Source: an uncultured Gammaproteobacteria bacterium | Lineage (GTDB): Bacteria > Patescibacteriota > Microgenomatia > 2-02-FULL-39-11 | Reading direction: 5' to 3' | NCBI GenBank assembly: GCA_964362665.1 | Contig: CAYIFB010000003.1 | Location: forward strand, 27,836 to 88,384 | DNA: 60,549 bases | Part shown: positions 45,480-53,930 of the stretch, piece by piece | Layout: the number at the start of each line of letters is the position of its first letter | Numbering within the stretch: position 1 is the first letter of the stretch | Position numbers and translations under genes: made by a program | Notes under the pieces: model-generated | Told to the model about the DNA's origin: nothing | What the model saw: only the letters and a program-made list of their open reading frames with translations | Databases searched by the model: none

Positions 45480-46421
45480 TTACTTTGATGTTTGATATTT
45501 AGAAAGACACGAATTCAACTCCGCTGTTAATGTCCATCCGCATTTTCCGTCATTTTGAACTTCACATTTAGCAGTTTTGTAGCACGCATACTGCGGAAAC
45601 CACACGCAAGCAGTCAATATTTGCTCAGCGTTCTCATCTTTGCAGGTTTCCCCATTACATCCGCCTGTAACGCATTTTATAGAGGAGTCCTTATTTTCTA
45701 ATGGGTTTGTGAATTTAAAAGTGGAGAGGATTTGACCAAACACATTCTTATCCTCTTTCGTGTGATAATTAGCGGTTATCGTAAGTCCGTTGGCGGCAAT
45801 GTTATTGATCTCAAATTGGAAACGAGACCGTATTATTCTGTTTGTGCCGTTCATATACTCACCTAGGATTGGCGACGAATACATGTTGCCTGCAATTGTC
45901 ACTTGAAGTACATCGTGTTGCTTGCAGCTTGCATTAGCACAAATCGCCCCGGAGGTCGAAAACACTTCCGCACTGCCCAAATACAGGGCTGTATCTTCAT
46001 ATCCCACTTCAGTTTTGTAGTTCGGATAGATTTTTACGAAGTATTCGCCCCGTTGATAGTCTCCATTTCCTTGAATTTTCCAACCTGAAGGATAATCGAT
46101 TGAGAATTTATAATTCGGATCTGAGTATGTTTTCCAGTTGGCAGTGGGATCAGGAATAGTAGTAATGGTTGGAGTCGGAGAAGGTGTTTCGGATGGCGTA
46201 ACTGAAGGGATCACTCTAGGCGTAACTGATGGAATAGGAGTTATTTCTTGTGCGGGAATATTTTGAGAAGTATTCAGATATCTGCCGATGAATATTCCCC
46301 CTGTTAATATAATAGCGATAAGGATTAACCCGCCAATTATAAACATCGGATTTATTTTGGGTGGAGGAGGAACAACCGGCTGTTCTAAATTTTGTTCAGG
46401 AGGGATGGGTAAATTATCCAT
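45480..46421 (-). CDS. Membrane-anchored surface protein, paralog 1, with a C-terminal eight-cysteine module
   Basis: 313 aa. The N-terminal ~100 aa (MDNLP..PEQNLEQPV.PPPPKINP, TM helix, Pro/Thr linker, ANWKTY) are shared with 47289..47945. The C-terminus has 8 Cys in ~60 aa (KCVTGGCNGETC...ACVWFPQYACYKTAKCEVQNDGKCGW...NSC). Confidence 0.6.
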   Translation of the reverse strand: MDNLPIPPEQNLEQPVVPPPPKINPMFIIGGLILIAIILTGGIFIGRYLNTSQNIPAQEITPIPSVTPRVIPSVTPSETPSPTPTITTIPDPTANWKTYSDPNYKFSIDYPSGWKIQGNGDYQRGEYFVKIYPNYKTEVGYEDTALYLGSAEVFSTSGAICANASCKQHDVLQVTIAGNMYSSPILGEYMNGTNRIIRSRFQFEINNIAANGLTITANYHTKEDKNVFGQILSTFKFTNPLENKDSSIKCVTGGCNGETCKDENAEQILTACVWFPQYACYKTAKCEVQNDGKCGWTLTAELNSCLSKYQTSK

Positions 46422-46436
46422 TTTAATTAATATTAG
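46122..46436. repeat. Duplicated 5' module (promoter plus first ~100 codons) of the surface-protein paralogs, copy 1 (approximate bounds)
   Basis: High nucleotide similarity to 47646-47960, read by eye. Similarity stops after the ANWKTY codons. Confidence 0.7.
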
Positions 46437-46499
46437 AACAATCTAGAATTTAGTACAAGAAAAATCTGCTATAAAATAACTATATGAGGGAGTTTGGAG

Positions 46500-46601
46500 C
46501 CAGATCTCAGAGTCGGCTATTATTCATAACGGTTCTATCTGATGTCTGACAGCTTCCAACTGTATTAAGTTAAATTTTTTATTAATACTATCTTTGTTCA
46601 T
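46500..46601 (-). pseudogene. Relic of the 5' end of a UvrD-type helicase gene
   Basis: The minus strand reads MNKDSINKKFNLIQLEAVRHQIEPL*IIA, compared with MNKNINDKKLNKEQMKAVRYTKGPLLIIAGAG in the intact helicase at 45090. There is an in-frame TGA at 46526-46524 and similarity decays before the Walker A motif. Confidence 0.65.
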
Positions 46602-46624
46602 TTTAGCTTCAACATTATACCATT
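46593..46624. repeat. 32-nt exact direct repeat, copy 2
   Basis: Identical to 45082-45113. Confidence 0.9.
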
Positions 46625-46645
46625 TAATAAAGACCACGGCCGGAT

Positions 46646-46684
46646 TTGACAAAAGCGCGATTGTGTAATAACATTGTTATTACA
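46646..46684 (+). promoter_or_regulatory. Promoter TTGACA-17-TAACAT with a 9-bp inverted-repeat operator candidate, upstream of the AbrB-type antitoxin
   Basis: -35 at 46646-46651 and -10 at 46669-46674. The inverted repeat TGTAATAAC-att-GTTATTACA (46664-46684) spans the -10 and the start site. The ATG at 46685 follows immediately. Confidence 0.55.
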
Positions 46685-46924
46685 ATGCAAGTACAAACTG
46701 TATTTAAAGCGGGAAATAGCGATGTGGTAGCCTTGCCTAAAGAATTAGGTTTCAAAAAGGGAGATAGGGTTACCGTGGAAAAAGCTTCTGAAAACGAAGT
46801 TTTAGTCAAAAGGATGACCTCTAGAAAAACTAGAGCTACCGCTTCCAAGACAGAATTTGACAGATGGTTAAAAGTTTTTATTGACGAGAACGGGGAGATA
46901 CTGGATGAACTGGCAGAGCGTTAA
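46685..46924 (+). CDS. AbrB/MazE/SpoVT-fold antitoxin
   Basis: 79 aa from ATG 46685 (MQVQTVFKAGNSDVVALPKELGF...), a swapped-hairpin motif. Precedes and overlaps the doc gene. Confidence 0.75.
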   Translation: MQVQTVFKAGNSDVVALPKELGFKKGDRVTVEKASENEVLVKRMTSRKTRATASKTEFDRWLKVFIDENGEILDELAER

Positions 46925-47297
46925 TATAGAGGAAGTCATTGTTATTCACGAAATAATAATAAAGAGGGCTGGGACTAAAGCTGGAATAAGAGATTTTGCT
47001 TTATTGCATTCGGCGTTAGAACGGCCAAAAGCCACTTACTCCGGACGGGATCTATATCCCACTATTTTTGCCAAAGCAGCTGGGTTGCTGCAATCGCTTT
47101 GTCTTAATCACCCGTTTACAGATGGAAACAAACGTACTGCCTGGGCAGTCACACACAAATTTCTTTGGGATAACGGGTATCATTTAAAGTCGTTCTGGAC
47201 AGAAGCTGCCGATTTTATGGTTTTTGTGGATAACCAAAAGCCTGATATCAAAGAAATCTCTTCCTGGCTCAAGTCTCACAGCGAAAAGTTAATTTAA
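46905..47297 (+). CDS. doc: Doc (death-on-curing) Fic-fold toxin
   Basis: Doc variant of the Fic motif, HPFTDGNKRTA. ATG 46905 overlaps the antitoxin by 20 nt; the tracked TTG at 46881 is less likely. Confidence 0.88.
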   Translation: MNWQSVNIEEVIVIHEIIIKRAGTKAGIRDFALLHSALERPKATYSGRDLYPTIFAKAAGLLQSLCLNHPFTDGNKRTAWAVTHKFLWDNGYHLKSFWTEAADFMVFVDNQKPDIKEISSWLKSHSEKLI

Positions 47298-47945
47298 AAA
47301 TTTGAAGGTCGAGAGGATTTGATCCAGTATATCATTGGATCTTTTAAGCATATCAAGAGGTTCATATATATCTCTAAATATGCTTAAACAGTGTCCATTT
47401 TTTGTTTTTACTATCAAATTTTTAATTCCAATCATCAGTTTTAAAAGTTGTTGTCCGTCTTCAACTAGTATTGAATCACTGCGACATTGATCCTGTTTTA
47501 CTGTAATCACAGGAAGAACTAAATCATCGTCGAATGTATAAAGATCGACTTGTGTATGATTATCGATCTGAGATTCTCTTATGCCACCAGGATATGTATA
47601 GTTCGTAGTGGGTGGATATTTGAAACTAAAACCATATTCTTTACTTGTGTAAGTTTTCCAGTTGGCGGTGGAATCAGGGATTGGAGTTACAGTTGGAGTC
47701 GGAGCAGGAGTTTCGCTTGGTATAACCGAAGGGATCACCATAGGCGTAACTGTTGGAATAGGAGTTATTTCTTGTGCGGGAATATTTTGGGAAGTGTTCA
47801 GATTTTTTCCGATGAAGATTCCTCCTGTCAATATAAGTGCCATGATAAATAATCCTCCGATGATATACAGAGGATTTATTTTGGGTGGAGGAGGAATAAC
47901 CGGCTGTTCTAAATTTTGTTCGGGGGTATTGGGTAAATTATCCAT
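47289..47945 (-). CDS. Membrane-anchored surface protein, paralog 2
   Basis: 218 aa. Same N-terminal module as 45480..46421 but an unrelated C-terminal ~115 aa without the Cys module. The 3' end overlaps convergent doc by 9 nt. Confidence 0.6.
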   Translation of the reverse strand: MDNLPNTPEQNLEQPVIPPPPKINPLYIIGGLFIMALILTGGIFIGKNLNTSQNIPAQEITPIPTVTPMVIPSVIPSETPAPTPTVTPIPDSTANWKTYTSKEYGFSFKYPPTTNYTYPGGIRESQIDNHTQVDLYTFDDDLVLPVITVKQDQCRSDSILVEDGQQLLKLMIGIKNLIVKTKNGHCLSIFRDIYEPLDMLKRSNDILDQILSTFKFLN

Positions 47946-47960
47946 TTAATTAATATTATA
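47646..47960. repeat. Duplicated 5' module of the surface-protein paralogs, copy 2 (approximate bounds)
   Basis: See 46122-46436. Confidence 0.7.
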
Positions 47961-47966
47961 TTATAA

Positions 47967-48758
47967 TCAAACTTTCATTAAACTCCCGACCAGATATCCC
48001 ACAAATGCCGAGAGCATGCCAATGATCATCATTTCTAAACCGGATTTAATAAATTTACGCCCTAAAGTTTTTTGCGCTTTGTAGTAGCCGACTGCAAAAA
48101 GAGTCAACGACGAAACTATGAGCGAGATCCAGATAGAACTATTAATACTCAAGAAAAAGAAGGGCATCAGAGGCACGAAAGAACCGATAAGAGCTGACAC
48201 TCCAACGATTATGGCTGCAGGCAGTGCGTCTTTTCTTTGTACGGGTTCAAGTTTCAGTTCCTGCTCCATCATTACTTTCAACCATAAATCTTTTTTGGCC
48301 GTAATTATGTCAACAATTTCTTCTAAAATTGTTCCGGTAAATCCGTAGCCTTTATAGAGCGCCCTTATTTCCTCTTTTTCTCCTTGAGGAAATTTATCTA
48401 TCTCCCATTTTTCCCTCTCGTACTCTGACTGATAATAATCTGCTTCAGCCAGCCTTGAGGTATAGGCGACCGCTGCCATGGAACAGCTTTCGGCAAATGT
48501 GGCCGCCAGCCCGCCGACTATCACAATTCTTGCGTCATTGGTCGCCGCGGCAATTCCCAAAATTACCCCTAAAACATTTACCAATCCATCCTGTCCCCCC
48601 AAAATTATTTCCGGCAGATTAAAAGAAGAAATATGTTTTTCTCCGTGTATTAGTTGGCGTTCAATTGCTTCTTTGCTGTGCGCTTTTTTGGACAAAGAAA
48701 GATTTTTGCCGATAAAGCCTTTCCTAGCTGTATCAATTCTTAACATATTTTTAATCAA
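47967..48758 (-). CDS. VIT1/CCC1-family iron/manganese transporter
   Basis: 263 aa. GGQDGLVNVLGVILGIAAAT, an acidic cytoplasmic helix bundle (EYEREKWEIDKFPQGEKEEI) and C-terminal TM helices. Confidence 0.82.
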   Translation of the reverse strand: MIKNMLRIDTARKGFIGKNLSLSKKAHSKEAIERQLIHGEKHISSFNLPEIILGGQDGLVNVLGVILGIAAATNDARIVIVGGLAATFAESCSMAAVAYTSRLAEADYYQSEYEREKWEIDKFPQGEKEEIRALYKGYGFTGTILEEIVDIITAKKDLWLKVMMEQELKLEPVQRKDALPAAIIVGVSALIGSFVPLMPFFFLSINSSIWISLIVSSLTLFAVGYYKAQKTLGRKFIKSGLEMMIIGMLSAFVGYLVGSLMKV

Positions 48759-49782
48759 TCTCCAGCTGTTTTATTTCCTTTTCTTCCTCAAGACTGTCTG
48801 TTTGAATTAGTTTTTGGCCAAGAGTGTTGAAAGAAGAGGAAACATTCGACATGCTGTTATAGGCATTATTGACGTGTTTCCCCAGAACGCTCAAGTTTTC
48901 CTCAACTTTTGTATAATCTTTTTGTATCGCCCTAAGAAGCCGGAAAACCATTTTCGTTTTCTGCTCCATTTCTTTTCCCTGAAAACTTAAAAGAAGCACC
49001 TGGAGATGCGCGTAAAGAGTGTTTGGAGAAACAGGATAAACACGGTTGCCCCGGGCAAATTCCATAAGGGAGTTCATATTGACTATTTCGTAATAAACAG
49101 ACTCTGAAGGAATATACATCAGGGCAAAATCCATTGTTCCTTCTTCAGGTAAGATATATTTTTTACTGATATCGCTGATGTGCTTTTTCAGGTCGCTGAC
49201 AAAATTTTTACTGGCCGTATTTCTCTCCGCCTCTGTTTCGCCTTTGCGCATCATATTGAAATTCTCCATCGGAAATTTGGAATCGATACATAAAAGACCC
49301 GCGTCTGTTTTGAGAACTGCATCAACTTTGACGCCGGATTTAAAGGCGTACTGAAGGTGGAAGGAGTTTTTGGGAAACGTCTGTCCGATCATATCAGTCA
49401 GAACCTGTTCGCCGATATTGCCGCGAAGTTTGGGGGATTGCAGAAATTCCTGTAAACTTCTGATACCCTTACCAACCTCTGACATCTCTCCTAAATTTTT
49501 CTTCAGATCCCCTATCACCCTGGCGGCAGTATCAAGCCTTTCGTTGAGCTGTTTAGTATTGGACTGGAGAAGTTTGGCCACGTCTCCTGTCGAACCTCTC
49601 ATGGCAAAATTTAATGTTTTGCTGGTATTTTCAATTGAGGCCTGCATGCTTTTAAGCCATTCAATAAGGGTCGAATCGTCTTTTTTCACCTGTAGTTTCT
49701 CAAGTTCTTTTTTGACAATAAAGATCAAGGCTAAAAAACCGGCTGTAATAAGAAAAAGAAGGATAATAAAATCAATCTGCAT
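48751..49782 (-). CDS. rmuC: DNA recombination protein RmuC
   Basis: 343 aa. N-terminal TM helix, coiled coil and the RmuC nuclease-like core (VDAVLKTDAGLLCIDSKFPMENF, ALMYIPSESVYYE). Confidence 0.88.
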   Translation of the reverse strand: MQIDFIILLFLITAGFLALIFIVKKELEKLQVKKDDSTLIEWLKSMQASIENTSKTLNFAMRGSTGDVAKLLQSNTKQLNERLDTAARVIGDLKKNLGEMSEVGKGIRSLQEFLQSPKLRGNIGEQVLTDMIGQTFPKNSFHLQYAFKSGVKVDAVLKTDAGLLCIDSKFPMENFNMMRKGETEAERNTASKNFVSDLKKHISDISKKYILPEEGTMDFALMYIPSESVYYEIVNMNSLMEFARGNRVYPVSPNTLYAHLQVLLLSFQGKEMEQKTKMVFRLLRAIQKDYTKVEENLSVLGKHVNNAYNSMSNVSSSFNTLGQKLIQTDSLEEEKEIKQLEID

Positions 49783-49841
49783 GTTGTCTATTCAATTTAA
49801 TGCAGGTTTCATTCTAACATTAAAGAAGATAAAATTGAACC

Positions 49842-50144
49842 ATGAGGAAAAGACAAGAACACAAGAAATTTTTTGGGGCTTTTTTATTTTTTTTACCGTT
49901 AATTTTGTTTATCAATATTTTCCCTCCTATCAACTCGCTGTCTTTTTTTTTCTTCTATCTGCTGCTTTTTTTATTTTTATGGAAACTGTTCAGTCTTTTT
50001 TTACCTTTTCAGGAAAGCATACTGTTTGCGCTGACTGTCATCTGTTATCTATTACTGAAACAATTGGAATCAGATAACATCCTCAATCTATTGCTGTTTT
50101 TGTCAGTTACGGTAACTTTGACCGTTTATTTTCGAAAAAGCTAG
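49842..50144 (+). CDS. Hypothetical small hydrophobic protein (uncertain)
   Basis: 100 aa, Phe/Leu-rich with 3 predicted helices. The only plausible ORF in the 387-nt rmuC-metG gap. Composition is driven by T-rich DNA, so it may not be real. Confidence 0.3.
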   Translation: MRKRQEHKKFFGAFLFFLPLILFINIFPPINSLSFFFFYLLLFLFLWKLFSLFLPFQESILFALTVICYLLLKQLESDNILNLLLFLSVTVTLTVYFRKS

Positions 50145-50149
50145 CTTCT

Positions 50150-50158
50150 TGGTATAAT
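50150..50158 (+). promoter_or_regulatory. Extended -10 promoter element TGgTATAAT upstream of metG
   Basis: Ends 11 nt before the ATG at 50170. No SD. Confidence 0.45.
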
Positions 50159-50169
50159 TAGCGTCTCTA

Positions 50170-51582
50170 ATGAATAAATTTTATATCACGACGACTATTC
50201 CTTATGTTAATGCTGATCCGCATATCGGATTAGCCTTGGAACTGTTGCAGGCTGATGCTATAGCCCGTTACAAAAGACTTAGCGGTTACGATGTTTGTTT
50301 CAACTGGGGAACCGATGAACACGGTTTAAAAATTTACCGTAAAGCAATCGAACAAAACAAAGAACCCCAGAAATATTGCGATGAGTACGCTGTTAAATTC
50401 AAAAAACTTATCGGACTTCTTAATTTAAGTTCAACAAATTTTATCCGTACCACTGATAATAATCATATCAAGGCCGCCCGGGAATTTTGGACTAGATGTC
50501 TAAAAAATGGAGATATTTATAAAAAAACCTACCATTCAAAATACTGCGTTGGTTGTGAGCTGGAAAAAACAGATTCTGAACTTGATCATAACCGTTGTCC
50601 AACCCACCCGACGCTGGAATTAGAAATAATTAATGAAGAAAATTATTTTTTCCGTTTTAGTAAATACCAACAGAAACTTCTGGCGCTTTATGATAAACAC
50701 CCGGATTTTGTTATACCAAAATCACGGCTTAAGGAAATAAAAACCTTTGTTAAGAAAGGGCTTGTTGATTTTAGCGTTTCACGGCTCAAGAAAAAAATGC
50801 CCTGGGGAGTAGATGTACCCAATGATCCGGAACAGGTGATGTATGTTTGGTTTGATGCGCTTGTCAATTATATCTCCACCATCGGGTGGCCTGAAAACGA
50901 GAAAAAATTTCAGGCCTGGTGGCCTGTAGTTCAGATTGCAGGTAAAGATAATCTACGGCAACAATCTGCCATTTGGCAGGCGATGCTGATGTCAGCGGAA
51001 CTTCCAACTTCAAAACAAATATTTATCCACGGCTTCATAACCAGTGAAGGGCAACGGATGAGTAAAAGTTTAGGAAATGTCGTAAGTCCTTCTGATTTGG
51101 TGGATAAATATGGTCTTGATTCTCTGCGTTATTATCTCCTCCGGGAAATCCCCCCGTATGATGACGGCGACTATTCTGACCGCAGGTTCAAGGAGTTATA
51201 TAATGCAGACCTTGCCAATGGTCTGGGAAATTTAATCGCCAGAGTAGCTAAGCTTTGTCAGGGATTAGAATTCAAACCTGTAAAAACTCCTGTTTTGTCT
51301 GAAAAATACAGGAAAAATATGGAAATTTTCCGCTTTGATCTGACATTAGAAAACATTTGGCTTGAGATAAAAACACTTGATAAGTATCTTGATAAAACAA
51401 AACCCTGGCAGATAAAAAAACCTGAAGAATTGTACGAAATACTTGTTTTTGCCCGGGAAAAAATATTAACTGTCTCATACCAACTCCAGCCTTTTTTACC
51501 AGAAACTTCTGAAAAGATATTTAAACAATTTTCCGGCCCGTCTGTCAAATCAGAATCTCCATTATTTCCTAGACTAAAATAA
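50170..51582 (+). CDS. metG: Methionine--tRNA ligase, minimal form
   Basis: 470 aa. HIGH-type motif NADPHIGLALE, KMSKS-type motif GQRMSKSLGN, zinc knuckle CVGCE...CPTH. Confidence 0.93.
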   Translation: MNKFYITTTIPYVNADPHIGLALELLQADAIARYKRLSGYDVCFNWGTDEHGLKIYRKAIEQNKEPQKYCDEYAVKFKKLIGLLNLSSTNFIRTTDNNHIKAAREFWTRCLKNGDIYKKTYHSKYCVGCELEKTDSELDHNRCPTHPTLELEIINEENYFFRFSKYQQKLLALYDKHPDFVIPKSRLKEIKTFVKKGLVDFSVSRLKKKMPWGVDVPNDPEQVMYVWFDALVNYISTIGWPENEKKFQAWWPVVQIAGKDNLRQQSAIWQAMLMSAELPTSKQIFIHGFITSEGQRMSKSLGNVVSPSDLVDKYGLDSLRYYLLREIPPYDDGDYSDRRFKELYNADLANGLGNLIARVAKLCQGLEFKPVKTPVLSEKYRKNMEIFRFDLTLENIWLEIKTLDKYLDKTKPWQIKKPEELYEILVFAREKILTVSYQLQPFLPETSEKIFKQFSGPSVKSESPLFPRLK

Positions 51583-51610
51583 TTTATCTTATCGGTATTT
51601 AATACTTTCT

Positions 51611-52414
51611 ATGTATATTGATACTCATGCTCATTTGAATTTCCATGCTTTTGATAAAGATTTGAATGAAGTAATTAATCGTGCAAAAAATGCAGGCATT
51701 GAAAAAATTGTTATTCCCGGAGCGAAAATTGACTCCAGTATTAAAGCTCTTCACCTGTCTGAAAAATACCCGGGCCTTTTTGCGGCTGTCGGAATTCATC
51801 CCCACCATGTCAGCGAGTTTGTGGAAAAGGGGAATGATATAACTTCAGAACTCACTAATCTTGTCCAGCGCGAGAAAACTGTTGCCGTTGGCGAAATCGG
51901 ACTTGATTATTATACCTATAAAAACTATCCCCCAATAACACCAGAGGGAAAGAAAAAGCAAAAAGAACTTTTAATTCTTCAGCTGAAGATTGCTTTGGTT
52001 TGGCATAAACCGGTCATTTTCCATTGTCGAGAGGCTCATGATGATATGCTGGAACTTTTAACAGATTTCCAGGAAAGATCAGAAACGAGACTTTGTGGCG
52101 TTTTCCACTGTTTTGGAGGAAATAAAATTCATCTAAAAAAAGTTTTGGATTTGGGATTTTTTATAGGCTTTGACGGCAATATCACCTATGAAGAAAATCA
52201 GAAACTGCAGGAATTGGTTATACAGACGCCGTTGGAACGGCTACTCTTGGAAACAGATGCGCCATATCTTGCTCCTGTATATCACCGCAAACAGCGTAAC
52301 GAACCGTCATACCTCACGCACATCGCTGCTTTTATCAACCGTTTAACCGGAAACAGTTTAAATAATATAGCCGAACAGACCAAAATAAACGCGGAAAAAT
52401 TATTTAGCATTTAA
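51611..52414 (+). CDS. tatD: TatD-family metal-dependent hydrolase/DNase
   Basis: 267 aa. IDTHAHL, GEIGLDY, HCREAHDD, LLLETDAPYL. Confidence 0.9.
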   Translation: MYIDTHAHLNFHAFDKDLNEVINRAKNAGIEKIVIPGAKIDSSIKALHLSEKYPGLFAAVGIHPHHVSEFVEKGNDITSELTNLVQREKTVAVGEIGLDYYTYKNYPPITPEGKKKQKELLILQLKIALVWHKPVIFHCREAHDDMLELLTDFQERSETRLCGVFHCFGGNKIHLKKVLDLGFFIGFDGNITYEENQKLQELVIQTPLERLLLETDAPYLAPVYHRKQRNEPSYLTHIAAFINRLTGNSLNNIAEQTKINAEKLFSI

Positions 52415-52423
52415 CTTCGGCTG

Positions 52424-52432
52424 TGTTAAAAT
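52424..52432 (+). promoter_or_regulatory. Extended -10 promoter element TGtTAAAAT upstream of the GT2 gene
   Basis: Ends 4 nt before the ATG at 52437 and 10 nt before the ATG at 52443. Confidence 0.4.
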
Positions 52433-52436
52433 AATA

Positions 52437-53927
52437 ATGCAAATGCACGATTTTTTTACTCTGCACAATGCTAAAATTGAGCGGGCTTTTGAAATAATTT
52501 TGCCTTTAACCACATGGTTTATTATTACCATGCCTATCTGGTTGTCTTTTTTTCATCCTGCGGTTGTAGCATATTTTATCCTGACTTTCGACATCTATTT
52601 TCTCTATAAATCATTGACTACTACTTTTTTTTCTACATTTTCTTACTTTAAGTTGAAAAAACTTTCACAAATAAATTGGTTGAAAAAAGCTAAGACATTA
52701 AAAAATTATCCAAAAGTTTATCATGCGATAATCGTAACCAATTATAAAGAATCCGTGAGTAAAGTCAGACATACGCTGGAGATACTCTGTACACAGGATT
52801 TTCCCCTCCAAAGAATTCTCATTTTTTTAGCTGTTGAAGAAAGAGAGGGCTTAGAAGCTCAGGAAAGAACACAAATATTGGAAAAAGAATTTAAAAATAA
52901 ATTTGGGTTTATAACATCAACTGTTCACCCTGCGCTTCCGGGCGAGGTAAAAGGCAAAGCAAGCAATTCCACCTGGACAGCTAAAATCATCAGCCGGGTG
53001 ATACGGGAAAAAGGCATAGATCCTGACTTTGTCACACTTACTTCCTGTGACGCCGACTCTCTCATGCCCATAAAATACTTTTCCTATCTGACCTTTCTTT
53101 TTTTAACAGATAAAAACCGCTATTTCCATTTTTACTGGGCGCCCGTACTTCTTTACAGTAATTTCTGGGAGATTCCTCTGGTTATCAGACTACAGGCTAC
53201 TATCTCCAGCATCGTCAGACTGGCCTCTCTTTCCCGACCCGATAATCTGATTCAGATTTCTACCTACTCCCTCTCATTGCGGATGATTGAAAAAATTGGT
53301 TATTGGGATACGGATATCATTCCTGAAGACTGGCATGTTTTTTTGCAGGCTTTTTTTGCACTTGGTGATAAAGTTAAGACCCTTCCTATCTATCTGATCA
53401 TCTCCCGTGACGCCGTAAACAGCACCTCTCTTTTCAGAACATTTAAATCGCGTTATGAGCAGGAAAAAAGATGGGCTTGGGGAATAACTGATGTACCATA
53501 CGCTTTGAATAAACTGTTTACGGTTTCTGGAATTCCCTTTCTTTCCAAGCTTTACAGAGTCTTATATGTTGTAGAAACCCATCTCTTATGGCCAACTTCC
53601 TTTTTTATTCTTACGTTAGGCGCATCAATTCCTGCTCTAGTCAATCCTGTTTTCGGTAGAACCGCTTTGGGACATAATCTTCCACGAATTTCAGGATTAA
53701 TTTTGACCGTCACCACACTTTTCTTGGTTGTTTTAATAATTATCGATACCAAATCCAGACCAAAAAAGCCTGAAGGATATTCTGTGGCAAAAACTCCATT
53801 ACTTCTTTTCCAATGGATACTTCTACCGGTAGTCTCGTTCTTTTTTTCCTCCCTTCCTGCTCTTGAGGCTCATACTCGACTGCTATTGGGTAAAAGATTA
53901 GAATATAAAGTAACGGAAAAAATTTAA
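52437..53927 (+). CDS. Membrane-embedded family-2 glycosyltransferase with a processive-synthase QxxRW motif
   Basis: 496 aa. HAIIVTNYKES, TSCDADS (DxD-like), YEQEKRWAWG (QxxRW), with TM helices at both ends. The real start may be ATG 52443. Confidence 0.75.
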   Translation: MQMHDFFTLHNAKIERAFEIILPLTTWFIITMPIWLSFFHPAVVAYFILTFDIYFLYKSLTTTFFSTFSYFKLKKLSQINWLKKAKTLKNYPKVYHAIIVTNYKESVSKVRHTLEILCTQDFPLQRILIFLAVEEREGLEAQERTQILEKEFKNKFGFITSTVHPALPGEVKGKASNSTWTAKIISRVIREKGIDPDFVTLTSCDADSLMPIKYFSYLTFLFLTDKNRYFHFYWAPVLLYSNFWEIPLVIRLQATISSIVRLASLSRPDNLIQISTYSLSLRMIEKIGYWDTDIIPEDWHVFLQAFFALGDKVKTLPIYLIISRDAVNSTSLFRTFKSRYEQEKRWAWGITDVPYALNKLFTVSGIPFLSKLYRVLYVVETHLLWPTSFFILTLGASIPALVNPVFGRTALGHNLPRISGLILTVTTLFLVVLIIIDTKSRPKKPEGYSVAKTPLLLFQWILLPVVSFFFSSLPALEAHTRLLLGKRLEYKVTEKI

Positions 53928-53930
53928 GCT

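Noticed and set aside
45480-47945. Diversity-generating retroelement (template/variable repeat) as the source of the paralog divergence.
   Set aside because: There is no reverse transcriptase gene and no TR/VR pair with adenine-specific mismatches. The conserved part is the 5' end and the divergent parts are non-homologous, not point-mutated.
49783-50169. 387-nt T-rich gap upstream of metG, considered as a T-box leader or ncRNA.
   Set aside because: I could not find the conserved T-box sequence (AGGGTGGTACCGCG-like) or a specifier or terminator arrangement. The metG -10 element is 11 nt from the ATG. The region is better explained by a doubtful small hydrophobic ORF.
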